DNA of 64,000 nt, taken from NCBI GenBank assembly GCA_958009085.1, contig OY253668.1, positions 1,674,001 to 1,738,000 of the forward strand, read 5' to 3'. The position numbers were made by a program, and so were the translations under genes. The notes under the pieces were generated by a model, which was given only the letters and a program-made list of their open reading frames with translations, made no database searches and was not told where the DNA came from. This DNA comes from Protoeuglena noctilucae (Eukaryota). Shown here piece by piece: positions 34,682 to 52,382 of the stretch (the stretch's first letter is position 1; every line of letters starts with the position of its first letter).

Positions 34682-37228
34682 TCACTTCCGGCCCCCCTTG
34701 CCCTTCGGCCGGGGCAGGCTGGGGCCCTTGGACAGCGCTGGCTTGGGCTCCACGGGCTGGTTGTACAGGTCGAGGGCCTCGTTGGCACGGCCACCACCCT
34801 GCGGGCGACCCGGACGCGCATGCCGATCCGCGCAGCCCGTGCCACCGCGCCCGCTGCAGCAGCCCCCCGCGCGAGCCCCTGCCATCGCCCACCTGCGCCC
34901 CCCGCTGCGCCTCCTTCTTCGCCTGCTTCCGGAACTTGTGCTTGAATCCCTTGCGCATGTACTTGGGGAGCCACCGCTCCGGGTCCGGCGGGGGCCCCGG
35001 GTTCGCCGGGTCGAATCCCTTCGGGTACCGCGGCTTGCGCTTCTTCCTCTTCTTCGCCGCCGGACCCGCCCCCGCGCCCTCCATGGCGGCATCGCCGTCA
35101 GCGTCCACGCCCCGCCCCCGCTTGGCCCCGCCCCGGAAGCCCCGCTCGCGCAGGGCGGCCACGAGTGCGCCCACCTCCGCGGCCGGCACCCGCGCCGCCT
35201 CTGCCTCGACGGCCCTGGCGACCGGCTCCATCGCGGCCTCGACCAGGGGCAGCGCCCACGCCCGCACGGCCGGGAGGAAGGCCGCGACGGCGCCCAGCAA
35301 CCGCGCGCACTTCAGCCGGTCCCCCTCCGGCGCCGACCGCGACAGCCCCGCCCGCGCGCACTCGGCGGCCGCCTCCACGTCCCCCCGCGCCGCAAACACC
35401 TCCGCCCGGGCCATCCCCAGCCACGCCAGCACGCGGTCCCGCTCGCCCGTCCCCGGCTGCGCGTCCCAGTGCGCCTGCGCCTCCTCCAGCCACGCGTGCA
35501 GGTCGTCCAGCCGGCCCTCCCGGAAACACAGCTCCCACGCGCGCGCCAGCGTCGCCGGCTGCAGCCTCCCTGGTCCCTCCCGCAGGGCCGCCAGCGCGCG
35601 GTCCCGTGCCGCCCGCCCCCGCGCCTGCGACGCCACCGACGCACGCAACGACGCCACCGCGGCGTCGGATCCGTCGACACGGGGGTCGTCCAGCGCCGCC
35701 AGCGCCGCCTCCGACTGCCCCTGCCGCGCCAGGGACACCGCCCGCGCCACGCACACCAGCCCGTGCCTCGGCCACCGCGCCTCCACCTCCCCCAGCAGCT
35801 GCCGCGCCTCGGCGGCCCGCCCCGCCGCCGCCAGCAGCGCCGCGCGGTTGCAGTGCAGCGCCAGTTTCTGCGAGACCGACATGCGGACCTCCAGTTCCGG
35901 CGACACTTGCAGCGACGCGGGCCCCGGCACCCCCGCCGCCCGGTCGATCTGCGAAAGCGCGTCCTTGGGCCGCAGCGAGCCCTGGGCATGCACCAGCACT
36001 GCGCGGTTGAGCGCCACCACCACGCGCGTCACGGGGTCCGTTGGAGGCAGCGCCTGGCACGCTGTCAGGTCCCGCAACGCCTCGGACGACTGACCGCCCC
36101 GCGCCGCCACCACCGCCCGCATGGAAGCGACGTGCGCCAGTTCCGCGTCCGCCTCCGCGCCTTCCACGCCGTCCTGCGTGCAATGGAGGCAACCGGTGTC
36201 ACCCAGCCTGCCCTGCTGACCGCCCAGCAGCAGGCCATCCCCGCCACCGCGCGCTTGCCCTGACGCACCTCCGACAGCGCCTCGAGGCCCAACGTCCGAG
36301 CTGCCTCGAGTTTGTCGGCCGCGGCAGCCAGGTCCCCTTGCAACAAGGCCGCGCACGCGAGGTTGAATGCCACCTCGCTCGACTCGTCCCCACGCACCCC
36401 CGCCTCCCGCAGCACCCCGCTGACGACCCCAGCCGCCTGCGCCCGCGGCTCGCCCTGCGCCTCGGCCGCGCTCGCCGCACTCACGGCGCACGCCAGCATG
36501 TTGGCCACGATGTCGTTGCGGCCATCATCTCCGACGTCCGGCAGCAACGCGCGGTAGGTCTCCAGAGCTTGAAGGAAGTCCCCGCGACGATAGGCGATCT
36601 GCGCCAGCAGCATCCGTCCCTCGACAGCGGTGGAGTTCGCGTTCAGCCCCGCGGCCGCGTCCTCCATGCGGCCCAGGCGGTACAGCAGGTACCGTCGCTG
36701 GATGTCCAGGCGCGCGCGAAGCTGCGCAGGCGCAGAGTCGATGTCCGCCAGCGCCGCCTGCAGCGCCGTGCCGGTCTGGAGGGCCGCGACAACCTGCGAG
36801 GACGAGCGAGGCAAAGCATGAGCGCCTCCCGGGCTGCACGGGCGGGGCCAAGGGGCCCAGCTGATGGAAACTGGCCATACCTTGCAGTGCAGCGCCTCCC
36901 CGTACGCGTCCTCCTTCCCCTCTTGGACCCCGTGTTTCAGAACTGCGGGCAGGTGCTAAGAGATCATTTGCGCGCGGAGATGGCCGGGGAGGTTGAGTGT
37001 ACGAATGGCAAGAGCTGTCAGCGCCCGCATCGGACGTCCTGGCTGGAGAAGCCCCGCGGTTTGGGGGCATCCAGGCCCGAAGATGCGCGAGGGTGTCGGG
37101 CACCCTCCGCGAGCTGAGCTGGCCAGGGACTCACTCTGCCCCGCCACCTCGAGCACGGCCTCATCCTCCACATTCTTCACGTGGCGCGCGAGCTTCCTGT
37201 ACAGCTCGGCGAGGTTGGGCGCGGCCAT
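34682..37228 (-). CDS. SRP72: Signal recognition particle subunit SRP72
   Basis: A TPR-like helical body followed by the SRP72 RNA-binding motif KKRKKRKPRYPKGFDPANPGPPPDPERWLPK. Confidence 0.92.
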
Positions 37229-37663
37229 CCGTCTCAGACAATCGCGCCCCCGCCAGGGGACGGGTAGAAGGCGGGAAGCCCTGACTTTTGCACGCAACGC
37301 GGGGATGCTCGCCTGCGTTCAGCGATTCCGGCTGCCATTTCGTGCCAGTCTGCTGCCAGTCACTGCAGTCGCGAGCCTGCAGAGAAGTTTCGGCCCCCTG
37401 CTGAAGTCCTTAGAATGCCAATAGAGCATCCCCAGGTCGGCTCCCCGCCATCGTGCTCCTCGCGCTGTCCAGAAACACCCTTGTGATTCTTCATCTGGAG
37501 GCGCGCTTCAGGCACCGCCGGACGCGCCGGAAGGTCGTTTTCGTGTACGGGAAACTCAGGCGCTGCTTTCCTTGGGTTATCGCTTTCTCCCCAGCGCGCA
37601 GCTCGCCGCGCACCCGGGGGCGCGCCAGGGGCGCGGGCGGGGAGCGGGGGGCAGTGAGAGACG

Positions 37664-41783
<4,120 letters not shown>

Positions 41784-42320
41784 GGAGAGGGGTGGGGGGG
41801 TGAGAGGGCGCGAGAGCGGGGGGGTCGCGTGAGGGGAGGGGTGGGGGGTTGAGAGGGTGACAAGACTGTCAGGGGTTGAGAGAGGGAAGCGGGAATGTAC
41901 TCTGCGTGCTTGGCACGAGCCAGGTGGCGCGGCGGGTGCGGGGAGGCAAGGGGTAGCATAGTTTGCATGTGTGCGTTTGGTGGGTGGGCACAGGCGCTGC
42001 CCCTGGCCTGCATGTAGGTCGGCTCTGTCGCGGCAGCGTGCCTTCCGATTCAAGAGAGGATGCGTGGTCGTGACGCTGCGGCCGTGAGAGCGTAGATGGC
42101 CCGCATCACAAGCACAGACGCTGGATCAGCTGTCAGATGTCGCTGGCATCGTCAGCCTCCGATATCCGCGGCTGCGTGCATGCTCAGCGCAAGTATGAAG
42201 TGCATGCCGTCATCGGAAATCGCATCCAAGCTCGCTGCTATCCGCGATTGTTGCTGGAAGTCGGCACTAGGTGCTAAGCTGGGGATTGCTCGCGCGCAAC
42301 GCGTCGGTGGCGCGGCTGGG

Positions 42321-43739
42321 ATGGCGAGGGTGCTTTCGAACGTGTTTCCAAGAGGTCGAGTCCTCCACGGGCGGGGATACCAGGCTGTGCGGGCGCCCTC
42401 GCGACTGCAAAGGGTCCCTCTCGCTCGTGCATCGACTCCGGAGTACCAGGGAAAGTTTGGGACGTGGCGAGTGGAAGAGGAAGATGTCCGCGAGGTGTTC
42501 CTGTATCGCTTGGGACTCAACGTCGCTGCAGCCGGCGCCGTCACGGGTGAGCAATGTCGATCGATGAATGCCGTCGCGTCTCATCGACATCCGCCGTCGC
42601 CGCCCATAGCCGCGCGTTCCTATGCCCGCAGAGTGCGTGGCGTCGCTCCTCCCCGACAGCCCCGTGGGCTCCGTCCTCCACACGAGCGCGGGCCTGGAGA
42701 ATGCTGTGGCGCTGCTCGGCGCAGGCGGGCTCGGCCTGTCCCTGGCGCTCATCCACGGTGAGAAATGGCGCGCTGTGGTTCTCATTAGCTTGCGTCCCTC
42801 AGCACCGGCCGCCTCGTCACGCGGTGCGAGTTGGAATGCACGTCCCACACACCCACAGTCGCTGCCCTCCCGCCCTCTCAGTGTACGTGGCCCCGCTGAA
42901 GCGAGCGGTGCAGGTGCTCTTCGCCACGGGCCTGGCGGGTGGCCTGTTCCTCATCGCATCTCACCCGGGCGAGGGAGTGGTGGCGCACGTGGCAACACAT
43001 CCAAGTGCCACTTGGCTGGTCGGGCCTCTCTTCGCGGCTGTGACGGGAGTGGGGGTCAAGGCGAGCGGCTGCGGGCGTGGGTCACGCGGTGCGCACCTGG
43101 CTTGCTCACTCTCACCTTTTGCTCCCGTTCGCTCACTCTCCATCCCACTCACCGCCCTCACTCACCCGCCCCCGCCCACCTGCTACCCCGCAGGAGGGCC
43201 TGTGCTACGGCAAGCCCGAGTGTACCGTCTTGGCAGCCCTGACCCCAGTCATGTGCCTTGCGCACCTATCGGGTCTGTGCCCTGCCCCGGTGGAGTCGAC
43301 TGCAGTGGTGCTGTTTGCTGCCACGTGTGCCGTGTTTGCCGCACGCAAGTGGTCCCAGGATGTCAAGGATGACATTGGGGACAAGTCGGTGTTTCAGTTC
43401 CTGGCTCTGAGCGAGAGGGACCAGGTGAGGGTCTTGGTGGATGTGAGGGGAGGCACGGTGATTAAGGTGTGCGTGAGGTGTGCGTGGGAGTGCGAGAGGT
43501 TGGCAATGGCATGGCTAGGGTGCGTGGGAGCATGTAGTTCTTATCAGCATGATAAGGGGTGCATGACCATCACTGGTAATGGATGGGTGTGGAAGGGCTT
43601 TTGTTGTTTGCAGGAGCGGGTGTTGGCGGGAGAGCCCCTGTCTGTGGTGGCAAGCGGGGGATTAGCAACACGCGAGGGTGCGGTGGCGGGGGTCGGCAGG
43701 GCCACAGGGCAGGGCAGCGCAGCGGGGGAGGGCGAGTGA
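42321..43739 (+). CDS. DUF2301 integral membrane protein, plastid-type
   Basis: YQGKFGTW...DVREVFLYRLGL, GPLFAAVTGVGVK|EGLCYGK and RKWSQDVKDDIGDKSVF motifs; transit-peptide-like N-terminus. Confidence 0.85.
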
Positions 43740-43793
43740 CGACTGCTGTCGTATGTCACATGACCCGTGTCACTGTGTGTTGTGGAGCAGCCA

Positions 43794-43798
43794 TGTAA
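43794..43798 (+). terminator. Possible chlorophyte TGTAA polyadenylation signal
   Basis: TGTAA lies about 55 nt after the DUF2301 stop. Similar sites occur at 20779 (+, after ARM-BTB) and 61106-61110 (-, after OSBP), but not behind every gene. Confidence 0.4.
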
Positions 43799-44415
43799 AG
43801 CGTCAGCATTTTTGCGAAAGATGTCTACGACATCGGGGGCTTGGCATAGATCCGCTGTCGAGAAACGTGGCTTGCAGCAGCTCCAACTTTCTTGTCCGTG
43901 CATGGCAGCGACCTTGTGCACGCCGTGCGTTCAATCGCGTCGCACGCCACGCTGGCCTGCCGCAGCCCCATGGCGGGTCAATCCATGTCGACAGCTACGA
44001 CCCCGCCTCAGTTGCTGGCTAAGGCAACCAACCCTTTGTTCCAGGGCAACCCCTCGCATCCCGCCCTGGCCCCTATGTCACTCGCCAGCGGCAGCCCCAG
44101 CAACCTCTTTCACCTCAAGAAAGGCAAGAGCTTGCCTCACAAACCCGCCTTGGCCCTTCCCGCCAAAACCTCCGAGAAAACTCCGAGAACGCCATCGGGC
44201 TACCCATGCCATGCCCTCCAAGTACCTCACAACCTGCACCTTCCCACTCACGCGGACAACATCGTCATGTATAGCGAATCCCGACCCCTCCCATCCCCCC
44301 ACACCAGCCCTGCCCTCCCGACCCTACTGCACCCCTCACCCCATCCCACCGCATCCCTCACCACCTCCCCTGCTACCCCCCATCACTCGCGACCCCCCCA
44401 TTCCTCAGAAATGCC

Positions 44416-45133
44416 TCACTCCTGGGTCCTCTCGAGGAGGGTCTTGGAGTCGAGGGCGAGCCCCATGGTGTTGAGGCCGTTATCCACGTACATGATGTGG
44501 CCCGTGACGGCAGAGGCCAGCGGAGAGCACAGGAACGCAGCCACCGCGCCCACCTGGGGGGATGAGGGAATGGGAGAGGTTGGGATTGGATAGGGTCATG
44601 AACGGGGACTTGGAAGGGGCAGGGGTTGGCACTCAGAGGTGACCGGCAGTATGAAATAAAGAGGTGAGGGGCAGCGCTAGCACTACCCATGGGCAGTCTT
44701 CGACAAGCTCAGTCACTCAGCAAATTCCAACAAGTTCCCCGCACTCGCCTCGTCGGCCGCGAGCTCCTTCTGCACGGGCGCGTTGGCGTAGGAGTAGCGG
44801 ATCATGTCGTCGATGAAGCCGATGGCGCGGGCGGCGCGGGAGCCCAGGGGGCCGGCGCTGATCGTGTTCACGCGGACCTTGTACTGTGAGAAAGGGGTCA
44901 GAGAGAGGGCAGCGTCAGGGGCGCATCTCAGAGACGCGGGGGGTGTCGCCATGGCCCTTGTCAGGGCCACAGAGTGACTGTGGTGCAGGTGGCACTCGCA
45001 CTAGGGGGTTTCGGAACAAGCAACGCCGGCGTGCGGGTATCGCACAAGCCCAAGTCACGCAGCCACGTGTCGTCCCCCCCCGCTCGCCTTGCGCCCTGCC
45101 TCGTACGCCAGAACGCGCGTGTCAGACTCGAGG

Positions 45134-45173
<40 letters not shown>

Positions 45174-46869
45174 TGACCCTCTCCGACGCGAGGTAGGTGA
45201 GCGACACGGCAGCCCCGCCCTCGTTCATCAGGGGCCCGAAGCGCTGCAGCATCGAGATGAAGGAGTAGGACGACGCCGACAGGGCAGCCAGGTAGCCTTG
45301 GCGGGACGTCTCGAGCAGCGGCTTCTTGACCTGCGGCACAAGGATGGTGGAGGTGGCGCAAGGGCAGGTGGGGGCGCCAGTCACAACGACAGTCATTGCG
45401 ACGGTGGCGGACGGTGACGGCCGTCCAGCGAGCGTGTTGGGTCGCGCATCCGTACACCCCCGCACCTCGGGCCCGTTGGCGAGGGAGTGGACGAGGATGT
45501 CGATCTTGCCAAAGTCCTTGGCCACCTTCTCAGCCGTTTCCGACACGGTGTAGGACCCCGCCGCCTCGTACCGCTTGTTCTCCTTCACGTCCGCGGGGAC
45601 GTCCTCGGGGAGGTCGAACACAGCATCTGCACGTGGCGATACACGCTCGTCTCATCGCAAGAGCCCTGGCCCCTCCGCAGCGTGCATTGCGAAGGGGCCG
45701 GTGGCAAGGGTTGCCGTGCGCGTTTACTAAGATAGGACGCCATTGGCCGCGCGTCCCTCACCCATGGGGTAGATCTTGACGAATTCCATCATGCCGCCGT
45801 TCGACAGCTTGCGGGACTCGTCGAACTTGCCGCGGTTGAGCGACGTCTCAAAGATGTTCAGCGCGGGCACCCACACGCCCAGGATCACCTCCGCGCCCGC
45901 CTCCGCCATGGCCTGCGAATCGCAGAGTCGAGTCCGGGTGACGCCGAAGCCCCGGCCGCCCGATGGTCCGCGGAGGTTGGGGCAGATTTGCACGGCGCGC
46001 ACAGGCCGCGCCCACGCGTGGTGGCCCGCGGTGCACGGCCGGCTCGGGGCCTGCCCGGAGTCCGTGCGCGGTCACCTTAGCGATGGCCCAGCCGAAGCCC
46101 TGGTCGTCGGCCACGCCGGCGATGAAGGCCCTCTTGCCCTTGAGGTCGATGTTGAGGCCCGCCGCGCAGCTCACGGACCGAGAGCTGGCACGGGAGGCGC
46201 GCTGGGCGCGCAGCCCCGCGCCGGAAGCCCTGCTCGCCCGTGCGGACGCGAAGGAGGCCGTCGCTGCGGGGGTCGCGGAGGGGAACGTCTCAGGACACTC
46301 CGGCCTCGCAGCCGCGTCGGCGAGGGGGCAGGGCGCGGCCAGGTCGCGCTGGGTGATAGAACACACGCCACGCGTCCTGCCGTGAACGCGGATTGGCGCC
46401 TATATCTCGCATCGACGCGCGGGGTCGCGGGAATTTATCCGGCCCCACAAGGCACCGCCCCGCCGCCAGGAGGGGACGCACGGCCTCTGGATGCGGCAGC
46501 AGCGTCGATGCGGGCGAATCAAATCCATCGCGGCCAACGGATCCCCACCCCCGATTCGCTGCTGCCGGGGACCCCGGCAGGCCTCCCTTGGGGGCGGGAG
46601 GGTGAGCGACAGGTGCGATGGCGCAGCGGGCGGGTCTAAAACGAGCCATATGAGCCAACGGATGCCATGGAAGCAGCACCGCTTGCGCTTCCCCCGCCCC
46701 TTGCCGCACGCAAGGGCCGAGGAAGGCAGCAAGGAGCGCGTGGGCCGAACCACGGATCCCCAAGTCACTCACCGGGCATCGCATGGTGAAGGCAGGCCGC
46801 CCCGGCCTTGCGGGCCGGGGAGCGGACCGACTGGGCCGCGAGGGCAGCGGAGGTCGCGAGTGCCGCCAT
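44416..46869 (-). CDS. ENR: Plastid enoyl-ACP reductase (ENR/FabI)
   Basis: [64 protein letters not shown] and YVDNGLN motifs. Exon 1 ([13 protein letters not shown]...) joins the next exon in phase 1. Confidence 0.95.
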
Positions 46870-47035
46870 CGGTGGAGACGCACAGATCGATTTTCTGCAC
46901 GGGGACGAGACCGGGGGCTCATCGCCGGGCTCTCCTTGGAAGCGGGGCGTGCCCCTCTGACGGTGCCGGGCCGCGCCGAAAAGGGACAGCCGGTTGGCGC
47001 CTGGGCCAAAAGTTCCGTAGCCGTCGTGGAGGAAG

Positions 47036-49136
47036 ATGTCGACCGCGCGCGCCTGCACCCTCTGCGCGGCCAGCGCGGCTCGCCCGCGCGCGCCCGGGGC
47101 GGCAACGCTTGCCCCCCCCGCCCCCCGCGCCCTGGCCTCGTGGTGAGGTCCCCGCCGTCGCCTGCACGCTTATCGACTCGAAATCACACCGCTCGTGGCC
47201 TCTCGCCTAAGTATCTAGCGCCGCGGGTGCGAAACTACCCCGAACTACCTCCGCAGGGTTTGCGGGCGGGCCCGCGCGGAGAGGCGCGTTCGCGGCGCGG
47301 CGGTGGTGTGCCGCGCTTCCGCGGCTGGACATGGCGCCTTCGACGCCGCCAACTACTTCGAAGCGTGCGTGGAGAACGGTGAGCATGCCCACCCATCTTG
47401 TCGGCCCGGGGCGCCGCCCCCCAAGACCCCCGCGCCTGATTCTCCCGACATCTGCGTTTATTTTTGCAATTTGCGACGCATCCGATCCAGCGGGGGATGC
47501 AGGGACGCGAGACGCGGAATTGCACCATGCGCGCCACAACGCAGCCGACTCGCGCTCCCATTGCCACCACGCGCGCGCCCTCTCGCGTCCTTGGCAGGTC
47601 CGTCATCCCTGGATGCTCCCCTCCCGCCCCGCAGTGAAGGAGACGCAGAAGTACGGTCACGTCATCAACCTCCGTCTGAACGATGGCTCCCGCAGCATCC
47701 TGCCCCTGTATGTTGGTGAGCCGCGCCCTCCAGAGTGGCCTCTGACACCTTGTGCGTCGCTCACGGGCGCGAGCGCGGGGCGCGCCGCGGCGGGGCCGCC
47801 GGGGCGCGGGGAACGGTTTTGCAGGGGGCTGCAAGGTCCGGCCCGCGGACCCCGGGACGCTGCAAGCCGCCCTCCAATCGCATGCATTTCATCGTGCAAA
47901 TTTACGCTCTCCCGCGTCGCCGGGAATCCCCGGCCGCGTCCCGCGCCGCACCTCGCCGCGCCAAACGCTCGCCTGGCCTCCCCCGCAGGCGACTTCGAGT
48001 GCGCCGCCCTCTTAAAGGAGCTCAACAAGCGTCCTTCGGTGAGGCGCTCTCGCAGAAGTCGCCGTTGGGGGTTCCGGAACAAATCCCCGCCCCTTGTCCT
48101 TGTTAGCCTGCCCGGGCCCCGCCCCCTCGCGCCGAATCCCGCCGCACCTGCCCGGCCTGCCCCGCTCTCGATTCGCGGAGGCGCTGCGTGACGCGCCCGC
48201 GCCCGCGAGTCCCCCGGACCCTCGCCACCTGTCACCGCCTCGTGGCCTTGTCGCGCCACTTTCCGTCCCTAGCGCCGCCGCCCCGCGCGCCGACACTTCC
48301 GCGCGTCTCTCCTCGCCCGCAGAAGCGCCCGCTGACGCACGACCTGCTGAAGAACTCAGTCGAGTCGCTGGGCTTCACCGTGACGCGGGTGTGCCTGGAC
48401 ACGCTGGTCGGGCAGACCTTCCACGCGTCGGTGGAGTACGCGCCCATGTTCCCCGCGTTCCAGATGGGCCGCCCCGTCCTGGTGGACGCCCGCCCGTCGG
48501 ACGCCATCAACCTGGCCGTGCGGTTCGGCGCCCCCATCTACATCCGCCGCGACATCGCCCGGCAGATGGCCTACGTGCCCTCGCCGTCCATGGTCCAGGG
48601 GAAGGAGACGCAGCAGGATGTGGTGGAGTCCATCCGCGAGGAGATGCTCTATCACAGCGACCCCACCGTCCTGGTCAAGCTCGAGCTGCAGCTGGCCATC
48701 GCGAATGAGGACTACGCGCGGGCGGGGGAGCTCCGGGACCGCATGGACCGGATGCTCATGAACAACTACGAGCTGGGGATGCTCGTGGCGATGGAGACGG
48801 CCATGTTGGACCAGCGGTACGACGAGGCGTGCTACTTCCGCGACGAGCTCCGGCGCATGCGCGAGAGCCAGCCGGGGCTCATCCCCAAGTGGGGGACGTG
48901 GGGTGAGGGACGGGAGGGAGAGCCGGGGTGCAAGAGTAACCGAACAGCGTCGCCTTGCGTGGGGCTGGGGGGGCAAGCCGGTCGGGGTGGGGACGTCATC
49001 CCGTTCATGTGGGCATAAGATGTGACCCGGCCCCGCTTGCTGCGTCCTCGCAGGTCGGAGGGGTCCGGAGACCGGGCCCAAGAGCCAGGCGGAGCTCTCC
49101 AGCGGGGGCGGTGCGCAGGAGCAGGACTCGCACTGA
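47036..49136 (+). CDS. Bifunctional nuclease (DUF151/BBD) with C-terminal UVR motifs, plastid-type presequence
   Basis: ILPLYVG, KRPLTHDL, VDARPSDAINLAVRFGAPIY and LQLAIANEDYARAGELRD motifs. The last exon is inferred. Confidence 0.88.
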
Positions 49137-49450
49137 TCGATGGTCCATGGACGTCTCGTGTGTGCACTGTGACACGCGACTTTGCTGAGCCACTTTCGCG
49201 AGCTTGTTGAGTTGCCATGCTTCGGCATCCAGCGTGGCTATGTGATCCTTAGCCCGCACCCGTTCCCTTTCCTATGCTCCCTCGGGGGCCCGCGCGTAGC
49301 CTGCAGCACGTTCCCGCCGTCCAAGCCGCTTTTTCCGTACCAGCTTGGCGCGGGGACAACGATGTGAGGCAGTCGAGTGATTCGGTTGATCCATGTGATT
49401 CAAAAATAACGTTGACATATAAGTGCAAAGGCGGGCCAGCTAGACGCCAG

Positions 49451-50280
49451 CTAGACGGTCAGCCGCCACCGCCCCTTCTCCCGCCGGCGCTGCAGCACGC
49501 GGCGCCCGCTCTTGTCCGACAACCGCTTCAGGAACCCGTGCGTGCGCTTGCGCTTGAGCTTGTTCGGCTGGTATGTCCGCTGCGGGAGGGTGCGGGCTCA
49601 GAGGCCGTCGGGCGGCGATCTAATCGCATCGAGACCATGACCCCTTCCAGCAGCCGCCGCCTCTGTCACAAGGCCTTCATAAAAGAGATCAAGCTCTCAC
49701 CTTGAGCAGCAAGAGCCCTTCCCGATTGGTGGATTCCCCATCATCTTCCACAGAGGCGTCGTGCCCAGAGGCTTTGGACACCTGAGCATGCAGGCAGAGC
49801 GCGAGGGATGACGCACAACAGACGCTGAGCTTCACATGCAATCAATCAAATGTCATGCTTTATGACTCACCGACGCCCCTTCCGCGGCACCGAATGCCTC
49901 GTCACTGCGCCCGGGACGCAGCGCCCACCCCCCACGAGTGGCCCAACCCAGCGTTGCCTCTGTCTCTCCGCTCCCCGAGGGCACGTGCTGCGATCCCAGG
50001 CTCGCACGGGCAGGCCAGGCCCAGAAAACGCTGCGGCGATGCGGGGACGGCGGTGAAAGGGGGCACAAGCTCGGGAGACTTGATGAGGTCCCAAAATGCG
50101 CGCCCCGCCCTCTCGCCTGGCGAAGCCAAAGGCCGATGCGGCCGTCTTCACGTGATGTTGCAACGGCGATGGTGTGCTGGCCACGTTCCCGGCGGAGATT
50201 GCGGCGCGGGCGGCCTGGCACAAGCAGCCGAGGGCCTCACTCCACAGGGGGCGTGCTCTGAGCCACGCCGTGGCAGCCAT
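49451..50280 (-). CDS. RPL34: Organellar (probably mitochondrial) ribosomal protein L34; missed by the ORF track
   Basis: Exon 49451-49579 reads [42 protein letters not shown], the bL34 signature. The upstream exon 49701-49781 ends LLLK|. The start and presequence exons are uncertain. Confidence 0.85.
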
Positions 50281-50693
50281 CCTTCCTACCCCGACAACAG
50301 AACCCGCTGCGCTGAGAACACGCGCGCTGGATGCTGGCTCTGGCCGACAGGGACGTGTGAAAGCCACGCGCGACTGGTCTCAGGGCCAGGAGGACCCAGC
50401 GGGCAGCAGCTTCTGTCGCGGGATCTCTGCGCGCCATCTGATGAAAGGCAGTGCTGAAACGAACGAATCGCTGCGCACTCGTGGGCAGACCGGGGAGGGT
50501 TCGGGGGCTGGCGTTGCTCCCGGAGAAAGAGCGGCCACCCTGCGGCAGGTGGACGACATTAACACGCAAAATTACAGCGTAGGCTGCGAGCAGTTCCCGC
50601 GCGGATAGCCACGCGAGTTGTTGGGAGGCCAAGAGCGGGCTGGAGGGGATTTCTGCGGCCTAGCGGGTTACTGGGGCCGCTAGTGTGGAGATC

Positions 50694-52223
50694 ATGGGGA
50701 CTGCGATGCGCGACCCTTTCTACCTGGTGAAGGAGGAGCTTCAGGACACGGTGAAGCAGGTGCGGGAAGGGTCCGGCTCTCGGCCTCGGAGTTTCCGGCG
50801 CTCCCGCCGAATGCGACGCTCGCCGGTCGCGTCCGGGAATTGTGGGTGTTTTTGCTTGCTGCGGTGCGCCTGGGGCGCCAAATGACGTCGGCGTGCGGCG
50901 CGTGGGCGAGGGCACGCTGATGGCCATCTTGCGTCGCCTGCTCTGCGGCCGCAGGTGGATGAGGCGTACCAGAAATGGTCCAAGATGCCACCAAGCGCCA
51001 CGACGGAGCAATTGGGGCGGGAGTTGGAGGACAAGGCGAGGCGAACCGGCCTTGCGACGCGAGGGGCCAGACGTGTGACGCTCTGTGCGCGCTCGCGACG
51101 CCCCCTTGGGCTCTTGATCCCTTCTCGCAGTGCGTGTCGATCCTGTGGCAGGTCGACGAGCTCGACAACGCCGTGAAGATGAGCGAACGCGACCTCGATC
51201 GCTTCAAGCTGACGCCGGCGGAGGTGGCGGAGCGAAGGCGGTGGGTGGAGGCGACGAGGGCGGGGGCTCTGGGTGAGTCCGCAAGCGCGTAAACATGCAG
51301 TTGCTTGGGTGTTGTCGGTTGAGGCCTTTGGTCTCAGTGAGGGGAACTGGGGCCTGTCACAGCCTCGTACAACGCACCGGCAAGCGAAGGCAGGGCGGTG
51401 CTTCCCTGCTCGCAGACATGCAGCGACGGCTTCGGGAGGCGCGCAAGCAGGCGACGAGCAAGGGTGACGTGGAGATGGGGGACCTGGCGGACCCCCTCTC
51501 GCGGCTACGCAAGCAGAAGGAGAGGGAGAACGAGGCGTTTGTCGGGTCGCAGGTGCGTGAGGGGGATTGAACTGCTACGCTGCATGCACGTGACTCTTGC
51601 ACGCACCCAGCACGCACTCGGCTGTCATGGGAACGCGAGGGCTGGCGGCGTGGTGGCTAGTTAGTATCGTAGGAGCACGTCTCTGCAGCTGGCTGTGACC
51701 TCGGCCGGGCTTCGTGTGCGCAGGAGCAAGAGCAGCATTTGATTTTAGCGAGGCAGGACGAGGATCTGGAGGCCCTGGGGAAGCAAGTGGGGCGCATTGG
51801 GGAGATCGGACTTGCGATAGGGGAGGAGCTTAAGCAACAGAGGTGAGGGGGTTGGGCTGCAGGGGACACGGCTTCGCGAAACAGTGCGGGCTTTTTGTTC
51901 GATCAGCCGTGATGGCGTCTGGCGATTTGGAGTTGGCCACTGCCACTTCTCGCGATGGGCCGTCGGGAGTGGCACTGGCAGTGCACTCAAGAGCACCACC
52001 TCTGTGCGCTGCATATCTGTCGCTGACATGTCGCCGTTCCCGGCACCGCAGTGGCATTTTGGACCAGGTGGGGGACGACATGGACGGCACGCAGTCTCGG
52101 CTCAAGATGGCGCAGCGCAAGGTGCAGGAGATCATGCGCAAGACGAGCGGCAAGGCACAGTGCTACATCATCATCGCCCTCTGTGTCGTGCTGGCCGTCC
52201 TCATGCTCCTCACCTTCATGTGA
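50694..52223 (+). CDS. SYP61: Qc-SNARE syntaxin-6/SYP61
   Basis: DPFYLVKEELQ, CVSILWQVDEL, RQDEDLEAL..V.RI...G.AIGEEL SNARE motif and a C-terminal TM segment IIIALCVVLAVLMLLTF. Confidence 0.92.
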
Positions 52224-52382
52224 GAGCGATGGGGCGGACGGTGGTTGGCATGCTGAGTGCGCCTGCAGAGTGCACCAACTGTGTTGCTGGCAATCTTATG
52301 TGCAAGCCTTTGAATGATGGTGCAGAGTGAGTAGAGTGAGTGTCAATGACAGAACCTTTTAAACACGCCTGGATGTGATTGC

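Noticed and set aside
34410..36263. Long plus-strand ORFs (617 aa, 500 aa) opposite SRP72
   Set aside because: These are Arg/Pro/Ala-rich antisense shadows of a very GC-rich exon and carry no recognisable motifs.
43892..44593. 233-aa plus-strand ORF between DUF2301 and ENR
   Set aside because: Its Pro/His/Thr bias comes from the C-rich ENR 3' region, and it overlaps the last ENR exon in antisense.
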